A stretch of DNA of 63,155 nucleotides, counting the filler, from Conidiobolus incongruus B7586 (Eukaryota), in NCBI GenBank assembly GCA_000697335.1. It is 24 parts of 24 records of this genome, joined end to end, with 100 filler letters (N's around TTAATTAATTAA, not from the genome) between each part and the next. Parts side by side here need not be neighbours in the genome. Positions count along the whole stretch, not along the records: positions 12,743 to 14,082 come from JNEM01004864.1; positions 14,183 to 24,295 come from JNEM01004868.1; positions 24,396 to 25,520 come from JNEM01004870.1; positions 25,621 to 26,700 come from JNEM01004884.1; 20 more parts are not named here. One strand, given 5' to 3'. Of the stretch, positions 13,731-26,800 are shown piece by piece. A model generated the notes under the pieces. The model made no database searches. It saw only the letters and a list, made by a program, of their open reading frames with translations, and was not told the DNA's origin. Position 1 is the stretch's first letter. Each line of letters opens with the position of its first letter. The position numbers and the translations under genes were made by a program.

Positions 13731-16078
13731 TTTACTTCTATATGGTTTATTTTTAATATAATAATTATTATTTTGAAAACATAGAAATTATTTTTAATAA
13801 TATCTAAAAATAATATTATCTTTATTATATATTTGGCTAATAAATCTATTTAACTCAGATAGTTTATATACTTGATCAAAATAAAATAATATCATATTTC
13901 TTTAGATATTATTATTAGGCTTTGGTGGTACCATTATAAAGAGTTTATATTTAAAAAGTAAAATTAGATTCCATATTTAATTTATATTAATTTTAGAAAT
14001 TTTAATTATTTTTTAAAACTGGTTTTATATTATCTTTCTTAAATTATAAATATAATTTGAAAATAATCAATAATAAAAATAANNNNNNNNNNNNNNNNNN
14101 NNNNNNNNNNNNNNNNNNNNNNNNNNTTAATTAATTAANNNNNNNNNNNNNNNNNNNNNNNNNNNNNNNNNNNNNNNNNNNNTCAAAATAATAAATAGAT
14201 TATTAATAACTTAATATAATATAAATAAAAATAAATATAGTAAATATAATTAAATATAAATAATCAAAATATAGCTACAAATAGAAATTTTATATTTTAA
14301 AAATTTTAATTAAATAATTATATATTTTTTAAATAACCTTTAAAGATATAATTTAATATAAAATTAGATTAAATTAATTTCTTTTAATAAATTCTAACTT
14401 ATAATCATCTAATATGCAAATAAATTTTAATAGTTTAATTTATTATATTATATAGTTTTTATATTTATTTCCTAAAGGTAAATTAATAGATAATAAGTTT
14501 AATTTTATTTTGTTAAATGAAATAATATTTAAAGATATATTTTGATAGTATATAAATATAAATAATTTTATATAAAACTTTTAGAAAAATTAAAGTCAAA
14601 ATTATAAAAGATTTTTTAAATAAAAAAAATTAGCAAGGATATTATTTTTATTATATTTATTAAATTATAGCACTTATATCTATATTTGTTTTTTGGTAAT
14701 CATAATTTATAAACAGATTTATGAATTTAAAATTAAATTTAATTCTTGAATAATAACTTGTTTAAATATCAGAAGCTTAATAAAAAAATAACAAGGATTT
14801 AATAATAAAAAAACGAGAATTAATTTTATATTGCGTATTAGTTAATATAAATATTATTTTAATCATTATATTTAATTTTTTTTAAATTATGTCAATACTT
14901 AATTTTGATAATATTGAAATTAAAAATTTCTTTTTTTTCAATTATCATTTTTATATATTAGAGTTTTTCCAATTTTTTATTATGTTCATATTATATAATT
15001 ATAATCAATTCAATTCCTTATTGCTTATTATTAAAAATAAAATAGTTTACAAAAAATTTTTATTATATTGTCATTTTTTGCTCTTTGAGACATAAAAAAA
15101 TTGCTTGATTAATTAATTATTTTAAACTTGAAAACATAATCTTGATATATATAATTAATAAATTATATAATATCTTCTAAGTTACAAATAACAGAAATTA
15201 GCACCTAATTGTTAAACAATATAATAATAAGGTTGGAAAAACTTTGACTAGACTTTCAACAAAATAGATCATTCCAAGTTCAAAGGATAAATAAAGATTA
15301 CTATCCAAATTCATTTTAAGTGATTTGGTCAAATATGAATAAAATTAAAGATAAACCCAAATTAAATTCAATTCAATCAAATTGGTGTAACTTAATCTAA
15401 TATTCAAATTGTACTTTGAGTAGGAAATAACATTAATACAGGCTACAAAATGATATTTGTAATCTGTTAATATAATAGTTCAATTCTCAATTATTTAACT
15501 ATATTTATCATTAGTTTTGTCAAATTTGATAATGTTCATTTAAATAATTTATTATTTTGATTTAAAGATCCAATAATAATAATAAAACATGGGTATTAAA
15601 ATAGTATTATTATCTAAATATTATCTGTATTCATTATTCACTAAATATATAAAAAACCACTGTTCAGGTATCATATTTATTATTATTATTACAAATTGCC
15701 TTTGAATTTTATTATATTTCTACCTAATTGATTATAAAATTTAATTGTGGAACAAGTTATAATATAACAACCATAATAAAACTGATTTAAATAAAATATT
15801 TTATATTTATGTAAAATTGAATATATTTTAAAATTTTCAAAATTATTTATATTATGAAAATTAATAAAAATTCAATTTGGTAATTTTTTTTCAATTGTAT
15901 TCTTATAAAAATATTAGATGTTATAATAGAATAATCAGCATAATAGGATTATTATGGACTTTAAATAATTTATTGATTTTAATTATTTTTCATTTAACCA
16001 CTGGTATCTAATTAAGATAATAGAAATATTAAGAAATTGAACAGAATGTTAGAAATTGAAACTTTGAATATTTGATTG

Positions 16079-16518
16079 AACCAATCAAATAAAATAGATA
16101 ACTGTAGCAATATGATGGAATAGTTAGAAGTAACAAAGGTAAAGATTTTGGAATTGACATTGGATGAGTACAGACTACTCTATTAATCGAGATTTGCTTA
16201 TTAGGAATATTTCATAGTATTCAATATGCATTCAGTACTAGTTGATCGGAATTTGATCAATTTCCAATACTGACTCTTGAGTGCAAATACACTAAAATCA
16301 CTTGGAGTCATCTTACCAGGTTCCTTGATCTTCACTAATTGATTTATCATCCCTAATACTTGCAATGGTTTAGCAATTTGAACTGTTAGAGTTGAGATTT
16401 ATATGTTGTGAATTTTAGCACTAACAACAATTAGAATATATATAAGCTGACATAGTAACTGCGTATCTGGTTAATTTATATTAGTTTCATGAGCTATATG
16501 ACCAATTCTCAATATATT
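16079..16518 (-). repeat. Left arm of 440-bp near-perfect inverted repeat
   Basis: Reverse complement of 22127-22567. By eye the only difference is a 1-nt indel (TTAGTGC vs TTAGGTGC). Confidence 0.93.
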
Positions 16519-19500
16519 CACTTATAATCGAAGACCATTTAGAGGCAAAAATTATACTAAAATAATATATTCTCTAATTTTTAATAATTTGAAATAAATT
16601 GATAGGTCCTTGCAAGGTATTGAATATTATAGTATTATTTTCAGATATTCAATCTTAATATAATATTTTTTTAATATAAGAAATATTACTTGAGAATTCT
16701 ATAATTTATATATAATTAACTATATTAATTTATTTTAGTTTAAAGTATGAGAGGTTTTAGTTTTGAATATTGAACATATCAAAATGTAAATTCGAGTTAA
16801 TTGATTAATTCAATAATTTTAATAGATTATATTATTTGATAATCAATAGGTAATTAAATAGCTGATTGGGTTATAATTGATTATTAAAGAAATTAGTACC
16901 AACTCAATTGGCAATTATAGAATTAATATTTGTTCAATGTCAATTTTAGAGAGCGTTTCTAATCGAAAAAGGTTACGCTAAGTTCAATTGAATTCATTAA
17001 AATCATAATGAAACGAATAGCATCAAAAATCATATATTAATAGTAGCTAATCATTATCTTTTTGTAATTGACTCGGAATAAAGTGTATAACTTAAGATAA
17101 TTTTACAGTGAATTATCTCACCAAATATATAGATATTAATATTTTGAAATAACCGCGTACTTTGTTGATATTATTAAAAATGTGAAGAGATTTACTATAA
17201 ATGCAATATTAGGATGTAAAATTGTACACTATACCAATTTTCATCCAAGATCAGTTTTTAGATTGGTTTAAATAACAAGAGAAATAATCAAGGAATAGTT
17301 GGATTAAGTAAATTTCAGAAATCCAATACAATGATGGCAACCAAGTTATTGAATTAATATATTTGATTGGATTAGTGAATAAAAAGTAAATAAAGTGATT
17401 AAAATGATTATATATCAAACTATTAACTTTATAAAAATTGTCAATATACAATATTATTCAATTTCATTTGACATTTTCAATAAAAATCGAATACCTTATT
17501 ACCGAAATAATTTAATTCAATAATAAAAAATTAAAATATAATATATTATTTCCTAATTTGGAAATTAACTTTTTATGAATTGGATTGTTCAAGTGAATAG
17601 GACTGATAAATTTATTCAACAAGATTGTTGATCAGTATAAATATTCAAAAAGCATATTTCATATTTGACATTCAAATGAATGAAATTGTTTAAGAATTAC
17701 AAATGTATAATGATATCAACAAAATCAATGAATCAACATAACAAATTTTCATTTCTAAATAACTTATTTGCAATTTTTAAAAATATAAATATGTATTTTT
17801 ATCAAATTAAGAATGGATATTAATGCCAAACTTATTAATTAATTATCGGATCGATAATTCATTTGAACATTTGTTATTGAAATACTATTATTTAAATAAA
17901 GCTTACAATTAAACTTATGCAAAGTTGATGAAATTTGATCACCCTTGTCCAAGTCCTACTTAGAGTCCAGAAATCGAAAGGGAACAAACTCTAGTACCAA
18001 CCCTTGAAAGTTAGTTTGATTGACTTTTAGATAATAAAGGAGTATACTTCTGATATTATCAATATCCCAATTCATTTTTTAGTATTGTTTAAAACCTATG
18101 AAAGTTTTGTTTATTATTAGCTATATATATATAAATACATATAATTATCATATGCTTCACTTATTTGATATTTGCCAAGAATAATTATTTTATATCAAAA
18201 ATACTATATTATCCTATTGACTAGTTTTTCCTTAAATTTAGAATAAGATTATTTCAATATTGTTTTATTTTTATTATTATAATAATTGATTTTTTATCTT
18301 TAATTAAGCTTTGAGTTCAAAAAATAAAATTATCTTATATCTTTAAATAATTGATATGATAGGTTTTTAATATAAACTATATATATAGTTTATATTATAT
18401 TTTAAAGCCAAATTATTAAAAAACTACTTTATTATTAATGTTTTTATCTTAAGATCAAAAAATTAATTTGTTATTGAATTATGTATTATTATTAATTTTT
18501 TTATATTAATAATAAACTATATAATAGAGACTATATTAAATTTTATATATTAAAAATAATCCCAAATGAATTAATTTATTTATATTAATAAAAACCAATT
18601 TTATCTTTATATATAATAATATTGTTAAAAATTATAATATAATAAAAATTTCTTTAATAATTTATAAAATTAATTTCATTTATAATTTTAGTTTTAATCC
18701 AATATTTTAAATAATTTAATATTTTATAACCTTTTTTTAATAATTCACTTATTTAAATTTTTGTTTTCAAAATATTAAAAGTCCTAAGAAAAGTATACTT
18801 TTTTTCCTGGGTTTGATATTATTTTCTCTTGAATTAAAAAGTTATTTAATATCAAAAGTTAAGTAAAACTTAAATTTACCAGGAGTTTAAATGTTTTTAA
18901 TATCTCCAGTTGTATTGTCTTGTCCAAGATTACTCAATCATATTCCAATTTATTCTTGTAATTTAGAGGCAAAAACATGGTCAGAATTGTTTATTTTAGA
19001 ACAAGGATGACAATAGTGTCTCTAGTATTGTATTCGTTGAAACAAAGTTCCATTGTAAAATATTATTCAAATATCTGTTCTGCAAGGGATAGCTTATCTG
19101 GGCTTTGATTCAATATAAATAAGGGTGCTCAGAACCGATGGAAATTCTGGGAAAGATGAAATTAATTAACATTATAAATGATAATTTTGATATTCCAAGT
19201 GCAATAAATTATACCATTTTTAGTTATTATAATTATTGAGCAAATTCGAATACTTGAAATTTATATATATAATTAAATAAAAACCATTTCCAAATATTTT
19301 ATACCAAAATATAATGTATTTATCAATATAATATTGTAAGAGATATCACTTATAGACATGAGTGAATTTGATCAATTCATTAGTCTCAAGCAAAATCAAT
19401 GAGTTATTTATACTGTAATTAATAACTTCCCATTAACTAGAATAATTTAGTCAATATTAAGCAAAAATATTCAACAAATCCAAAAAGATTAAATTATTAC

Positions 19501-20102
19501 AATTTGTTCATTTTAATCAATTACTATAATTAGATTATTCACTGATTTAAACCAAATTAAAAATAATTAAATAGAAATTTACTACCTTTGACGTAATAAT
19601 GAAAATTTCAATTTAAGGTGTGATAAAATTTCTATTATTAGAAAATTTCGCATTAATTATAATATTTTGCTTTAAAACTGAGATTTAGGATTAATTTTTA
19701 TCCGATTAGTCTCTAGTTTAATTTATAATTAATTTATAAATATATTTATGTATAAATGTATAAACATATATATATATAAAGTATAAAAATATGTTAGGAA
19801 TATAAAATTTACTTTAATCTTACTATCATGGATACTCTGTTTTTTAATATTATGGCTTTTTTTGCCAATACAATTACTTAATTTCAAGGTATAAATTTAA
19901 TTGCCATAAATTTTTAAAATTTTAAGATTGAATTAATTAATTCAAAACCATGTTAAATTTGGCATAAATTTCAAAGCATTAATTTTGGTTAAGCAAAATT
20001 ATAGTATAAATTAGTTCAATTAGTAATTGAAAAAGTTTATAATTATTAAATTTTATTGATTATCAACTATATTATTTAACTTTGTATTAATATTATTGTA
20101 CC

Positions 20103-21463
20103 ATGAAACCAATATTTTCTAAGTCCACCAAATTGTGGATTCAGCTCACTTTGAGTCTTGCTCTAATGTTAGCAGAATTAATTATTGGTTATATGGTCAA
20201 TTCTATCGCTTTGATCGCTGACGCTTTTCATATGTTAAACGATGTTGTGAGCTTATTGATTGCTATTTATGCTACAAAGGTAAATTTATTGTGAAAATAT
20301 ATTGGAATTTTTATTGATTACGATATTTAGTTGGCTAGTAAGACTGATTATGATCCAAAATATACTTACGGTTGGCAGAGAGCTGAAGTTTTGGGTGCTC
20401 TGATCAATGCTGTACTACTCCTTGGGCTATGTCTCACTATAGTAGCTGAAGCTGTCCCTCGTTTTTTCCATACTGAAGGTAAATTTATTTATTAACACAT
20501 TTAATATCATTTAATAATAATAATAATCTATATTTAGAAATTGAACATCCTCAATTAATTTTAATCGTTGGTAGTATGGGATTAGCTTTTAATGTATTTG
20601 GAATGTTTTTATTCGGAGGTCATGGTCATTGCCACTCTCACAGTCATGATCATGGACACAGCCATAACCATTCTCAAGATGTGGAATCCAAAGTTGAATC
20701 TACAGCTATCACTGGTACAATTACACCCATAGAGAATATTAATAATGATAGTATTGTGGTTTCTGAAAAATTCAACACAGTTGAAGATCATTATTCTTCT
20801 AAAAACTTAAATAATGAATCATTACAGCATACTGCAATTGAAATCAAAGCCGATAAGTCACACGAAATTGATCACGAGCACTCCCATAAGCATGCAGAAG
20901 GTTCTATGAACATGTATGGAGTCTATTTACACATCCTAGGCGATACATTGGCAAGTATTGCAGTGGTAGCAAATGCTCTCATATTATGGCTATGTGATTT
21001 CAAACAAAAATTCCTATTTGACCCCATTATCTCCATTCTCATTACTATTCTGATCATAAAATTCACCATTCCCCTCATCAAGAGTGCATCATTCGTACTA
21101 TTGCAAGGAACACCAAGCCGCATCTCTTTGGAAACCATTCGCAAGGGAATTTTAAACATTCCAGGAATTATTGGCATTCACGACCTCCATATCTGGCAAT
21201 TAAGTGATACCAAAATCATAGCATCTGCCCACATTTCTGTGGTATCTGTGAAAGATTACATGGAAATAGCAAGCCAAGTTAAAAAAGTACTACATGATAA
21301 CGGAGTACACTCTGCTACCATTCAACCAGAAATAACAACTATCAATCATTCATCCACAAGCACACTTCCAGAATCGGAGTCTTCAATTACAAAATGCCTT
21401 CTTACCTGTTCGGAGTCCTGTATGCCTCAGCAATGTTGTCCACCTTATAAGTTAGAGGAGTAG
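20103..21463 (+). CDS. ZRC1: Cation diffusion facilitator zinc/cobalt transporter, Zrc1/Cot1/ZnT1-like (416 aa, 3 exons)
   Basis: Exons: 20103-20279, 20331-20478, 20538-21463 (1251 nt), with GT-AG introns of 51 and 59 nt. Motifs: SIALIADAFHMLND, YTYGWQRAEVLGALIN, a His-rich loop (HGHCHSHSHDHGHSHNH), NMYGVYLHILGD, IHDLHIWQL, HSATIQPE and a Cys-rich tail. Confidence 0.95.
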
Positions 21464-22126
21464 GCTATGAAAGTATCTATTTATCTATATCTGTGTCGAA
21501 ATCCTTTTTTGGATGGTGAATAATTTCCACTTTTACAAAATTCATAGGATACTTAATTAATAATAATCTATTTAATTAAATTAAAAACTTAAAATAACCC
21601 ATATTTTCTAAATGAATTTTAATATTTCAATTTAAACATCATATTTATATATATATTTATTATAAAGTAAATATGATAATAATATTACTATATTTTTGAA
21701 TTTAGTGTCCTTTTGAAGTTTCATTATATATATATATATATTATATTATTTTGAACTATAATTGTGAAATAAAATTTTAAATTTTCACACAAAATAACCT
21801 TGGAAATTTGTCAAAAGAGCTATAGTAAAACATCTTAATAATTTTTAGAAATTTTGATTAAAAACTATTTATGATATAATAATATAACTTTATATTAATC
21901 GACTCAATTTGTTAACTTAAATTTAGCTAAAATTTAATTATAATTCACTCATAATAAATTTATGAATAAATAAAAAATAATTTATAATAAAGAGCTCAAT
22001 TATAATATATTAATTGATAATTCATCTTAATTTAAAATATGAATCAAGAAATTACTCAACTATTAAAAATAAATTAGACTAATTCCAACTAAATTTATGC
22101 CTGCAAATTTTCTTTGATAATAAGTA

Positions 22127-22567
22127 AATATATTGAGAATTGGTCATATAGCTCATGAAACTAATATAAATTAACCAGATACGCAGTTACTATGTCAGCT
22201 TATATATATTCTAATTGTTGTTAGGTGCTAAAATTCACAACATATAAATCTCAACTCTAACAGTTCAAATTGCTAAACCATTGCAAGTATTAGGGATGAT
22301 AAATCAATTAGTGAAGATCAAGGAACCTGGTAAGATGACTCCAAGTGATTTTAGTGTATTTGCACTCAAGAGTCAGTATTGGAAATTGATCAAATTCCGA
22401 TCAACTAGTACTGAATGCATATTGAATACTATGAAATATTCCTAATAAGCAAATCTCGATTAATAGAGTAGTCTGTACTCATCCAATGTCAATTCCAAAA
22501 TCTTTACCTTTGTTACTTCTAACTATTCCATCATATTGCTACAGTTATCTATTTTATTTGATTGGTT
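22127..22567 (+). repeat. Right arm of 440-bp near-perfect inverted repeat
   Basis: Reverse complement of 16079-16518. Confidence 0.93.
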
Positions 22568-23139
22568 TAATTTATCAATTCAACTTTAAACTGTTATTAA
22601 AAGCTAAGATTTCTAGTACTCTGCTCAATTTCTTAATTTTACATATCAAATATTTTATAAATTTAAAAATAAAAATTAATATTATTAATGGTTATATATT
22701 TAATTTTATGAGATATAACCTTATTGATATTCATAAATTTTAATTAAATATAAATAAATAAATAAATAAAAATCTCTATTCATAACATTATTCAATTAAT
22801 TTTAAAAGAATTAATGAACTTGATCAACTACACTTATTAAACTAACAATATACTAAAAATATTTGTTGAAAAATTTATTTATTATTGATTTAATATGGGT
22901 GACATATTATTGAAAGGAATATTCGGCTAATTCAAATGCAATGAATAGTGATATCAATAAATAAATCATTATGAAATAAATCAATTAATATAGCAGTATT
23001 TAATCAAATTTGGCCAAAGATATTGTATAATTTCAAAGCAATTTACCCAATATAATACAAATTATAATAAAAATCCCTTTACGCATTTTTCAAGCTGCCC
23101 TAGCAATATATGGTTGACAATATAATTAAAAATCAGTAG

Positions 23140-23600
23140 GCAGTTCGAAATAAAGATTTCGACCAGTGTCTTTACCAACCTGATTCTAATTTCTATAGTC
23201 GCACTGATAGTTTCTAATCCATTTACTTGAAAAATAGTACTGAAAGTAAAGATACTTTAAATCAGCGGAATTAATTTGATGCAGAGCTTGGTCGTTGTGA
23301 ATATTGATCTCCCTAATATCATTCCAAGTGCGTCTTTTCTGAACGATTGGAAAACTGCTATAACATTAAATCATCACCAAAACACTTCAACTCTTCCAAA
23401 TAAAGTATGAGTATAAAGATATAATTCTTGATAAATTGTCTATACTTACTACTTAATGGTCAGTCTTCAAATTAAATTAGTGAAGAATTATCTAGTAAAC
23501 AAATTCAAAGTCATTCACACTACTCAGATCGTGATGATAAGAGAGACTCTATGGATGGCTATTAGCCCCCTGTTCAAACGCATTTAACCAACATATAAAA
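23140..23600 (+). pseudogene. Decayed coding-like sequence of unknown identity
   Basis: A GC- and CpG-retaining island. One frame reads AVRNKDFDQCLYQPDSNFYSRTDSF*SIYLKNSTESKDTLNQRN*FDAELGRCEY*SP*YHSKCVFSERLENCY…, protein-like text with scattered stops. Confidence 0.3.
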
Positions 23601-24395
23601 TGGACAAATAAGACCTCACCTTAGACATCATATAATTCAAATTGCGAAACCATCTATATGTTGACAAGTAGTTGAAATTATTTATTGCTGACAATCCAAA
23701 AATCATAAAACTCAAACAATATACAAAACTTTTAATTACTATACCCAAAGGGATTTATAAAGAGGCTTTATTATATCTTTGAAATAGTTTTTAAATATAA
23801 ATCAGAGTAATAGAGTAATGATTTTGGCTGATAGCTATATATGAATTAGATATAGGACACAGGTCATAACAATGGTGATTTTTCTTGATATAATCGGTAA
23901 TTACCTATATATTTATTTTACAACAATATCCAAGGTGGTAATAAGAATTATTAAATTGAATAATAATATCTTTTTCTGTAGCCAATTTAAAATATACTTT
24001 GAAATAGATCTATTTTCTGTTATTACTAATAAATTTAACTATATTTGAAATCTAATAAATTTCATTATAATTAAAAATAATTAAATAAATAAAATTTAAA
24101 GTTTTTATTTAAATATTTCATAATTTATTTAATATCTTTTGGCAAAAGAATAATTTTTATTTTTATCTAAAAAAATATTAAAATTAATAATATAAAAGAA
24201 ATATATAATTAGCTTTTCAAATTTTAAATATTTTTTAAATATTGATAAATAATTAATATTTAATTCTATATAATAGTCAATAATAGTTTAATAATNNNNN
24301 NNNNNNNNNNNNNNNNNNNNNNNNNNNNNNNNNNNNNNNTTAATTAATTAANNNNNNNNNNNNNNNNNNNNNNNNNNNNNNNNNNNNNNNNNNNN

Positions 24396-25480
24396 AAATA
24401 AAATAAACTTGAATCAACTAATATTTATTAAATATACCTTATATTTTTATAATTAATCTTATGTTAATTTTTTTAACTATTAAAGGCTATATTAATAATT
24501 ATATAATTAATATCTTAATTGATATAAATGTTACTAAATGTTTAATAAAAAAAACTTTAACTAATAAACTTTATTTACTAAAAAATCCATTTATTATTTT
24601 TATAATTTTAGTTATTAAATTAAAATATAAAAGTAATAACCTATTTAAGAGTTTTTTATTTTTATCTTTAAAACCTAACAAAGATATTACTCTAATAAAA
24701 ATTTTAGTCAATAATGATATTATCTTTAATATAGATATGATTAATTTATATATTTTATTTATTATTAATTATTTTAACAAAAATCTATCCTTAATATCTT
24801 ATTATAAATTTATTCTTATTATTATTATCTAAGCTAAAATTATTATATTATAAACTCTTAATAATCTTTATTAAATAATTACTAACAATAATCTAACTAT
24901 TGTTATTAATCTTAATTTTATTAATTTATTTTATAAATTATTAACCTAATAATTACTTATTATTAATTTTATATCTTGAAATATAGTTTTTGTTAATATA
25001 ATTATATTTTAATTAAACTTTAATAATCTTAAACTTAATTTTATATCTTTAGAAAACTTATTATATAATATAGTAATATTATATTCAGATATTTTCTAAC
25101 TTTTAAATTTTTTTTTAAAGAAAAATATAGTTTATAAAATTAAGTTAACTTTTAGTTTTACTCTTGTTTATTATTTAATTTATTATATTTTTATTAAAGG
25201 AAATAAATCACTAAAAAAACCATTACTTTTAGAAAAAAGTTATATTTACCCCTTTATCTTTTTATAAAGATTTTTTGTTTTATATCTTAAAAAGAATAAT
25301 ATAAGTTTAAAGTTTTATATCAACTTCTATACTTTAAATAAAATAACCATTGAAAATTATATATCATTATTTAACTTATTAAAATTATATAATCAAATCT
25401 TAGGATATTAATATTTCACTAAGTTAAATATATATAATAATTATTAAACTATAATTATATAACTTGATTTAATTTTTTTA
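24396..25480 (+). mobile_element. Degenerate Ty3/gypsy pol fragment (protease to start of RT)
   Basis: ORF 24461 contains ILIDINVTKC, a mutated LIDTGAT protease site. About 25290-25430 reads as a relic of KK…LRFCIDFRALNKITIEN.Y…YFTKLD. Confidence 0.75.
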
Positions 25481-25620
25481 AATATATTAAATATTTGTTT
25501 CAATTATTTTAAATTTATATNNNNNNNNNNNNNNNNNNNNNNNNNNNNNNNNNNNNNNNNNNNNTTAATTAATTAANNNNNNNNNNNNNNNNNNNNNNNN
25601 NNNNNNNNNNNNNNNNNNNN

Positions 25621-26700
25621 AAAATAAATAAACATTTTAATAAATAATATATAAAAATAAATATATAATATAAATTTAATAGTTTTTTTATTATTAATAG
25701 CTTTTTATTATATTATTAGTAAATTTCTAATACTTAAAAAATAGTTCTTTTTATTAAAGACTGAAATTTAATAATTTATAAACTAATTAAATTTTTTCAT
25801 AGAAATTTTTTTTTATAAGCTAGTTTTTTAATTACCTAAAGCAATTATAATAGCATAGGTTATAATCTGAGAAATATATTAGATATGGTAATTTTTTCTA
25901 GTTATTTTTAATTAGATAGTTTTTTATAGCTTTAGATTTATATATTTTGTAATTATCATATAAAATAATATATTTCTTAAATTATATTAAGAATACCAAT
26001 TAAAAATACTTTTATTTAAAAAAATAATATAAAGTTTACTATTAATTGATTTTCCTTCAGGAACTAAATAAAAGTAGCATATGCTATTATAATCCATTAT
26101 AATAATTATCATTCACTTATTCACAAAATGCTTATTTAAAGGGATTTGCAAATATGGTTAATTTAATTTAATCTAGTAACTTGATTTGTATTTTAGTAAA
26201 GGATTATATATAAGGATCTAAGATTCATCAATTATAATTATTTACTGTAAAAATATAAGCTTCTAGTAATATTTTAATAAGTTTTATTTAATAATAACTA
26301 TTAGCTTTTTTCTAAACTTTAATTAAATTATAAAATACCTATTTTATATTTTTATATAATTAAATTGAGTTTAAACTTTTATATAAAATATTTATAAAAC
26401 TAATATTAAAATGTTTAGATAATTTTCTAACTAAAATAAAGAGGTGCTTTTTAATATATTTTTTATTCTCTTAATAATTTAAAGAATAATAATTAAATTA
26501 GTTTGTTAGATTTTAACATATTTTAGATAATTTCTTTTTTAACTTTAAAATAATTCACCTAGCAATAAATTATTGATTTAGATAATATTTTATTATTAAA
26601 AACTATTTGTAAATTTTAAATAATTTTAAAAGACTTATGGTTAGGTTTTATTAATACTAAAATAAAAGATTTTAGATAATTATTATTTAATTTAGATATA
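25621..26700 (-). mobile_element. Mariner family B (DD34D), degenerate
   Basis: Reverse-complement collinear with the other B copies. It retains ATT GAT GAA TCT (IDES) near 26225. Confidence 0.85.
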
Positions 26701-26800
26701 NNNNNNNNNNNNNNNNNNNNNNNNNNNNNNNNNNNNNNNNNNNNTTAATTAATTAANNNNNNNNNNNNNNNNNNNNNNNNNNNNNNNNNNNNNNNNNNNN

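Noticed and set aside
14889..17451. Short ORFs 14889-15095 and 17251-17451
   Set aside because: F/I/N/K/Y-rich chance ORFs typical of AT-rich DNA, with no recognisable motif.
18870..19220. GC-richer island sharing ATTTAGAGGCAAAAA with the inverted-repeat flank at about 16538
   Set aside because: The match is only 15 nt and no consistent reading frame or extended homology was visible.
20609..21177. Two minus-strand ORFs (60 and 84 aa)
   Set aside because: Antisense to the CDF transporter exon 3, with no independent features.
22486..22743. 85-aa ORF overlapping the right inverted-repeat arm
   Set aside because: It runs from the repeat into AT-rich flank with low-complexity composition. I could not establish any coding frame for the repeat.
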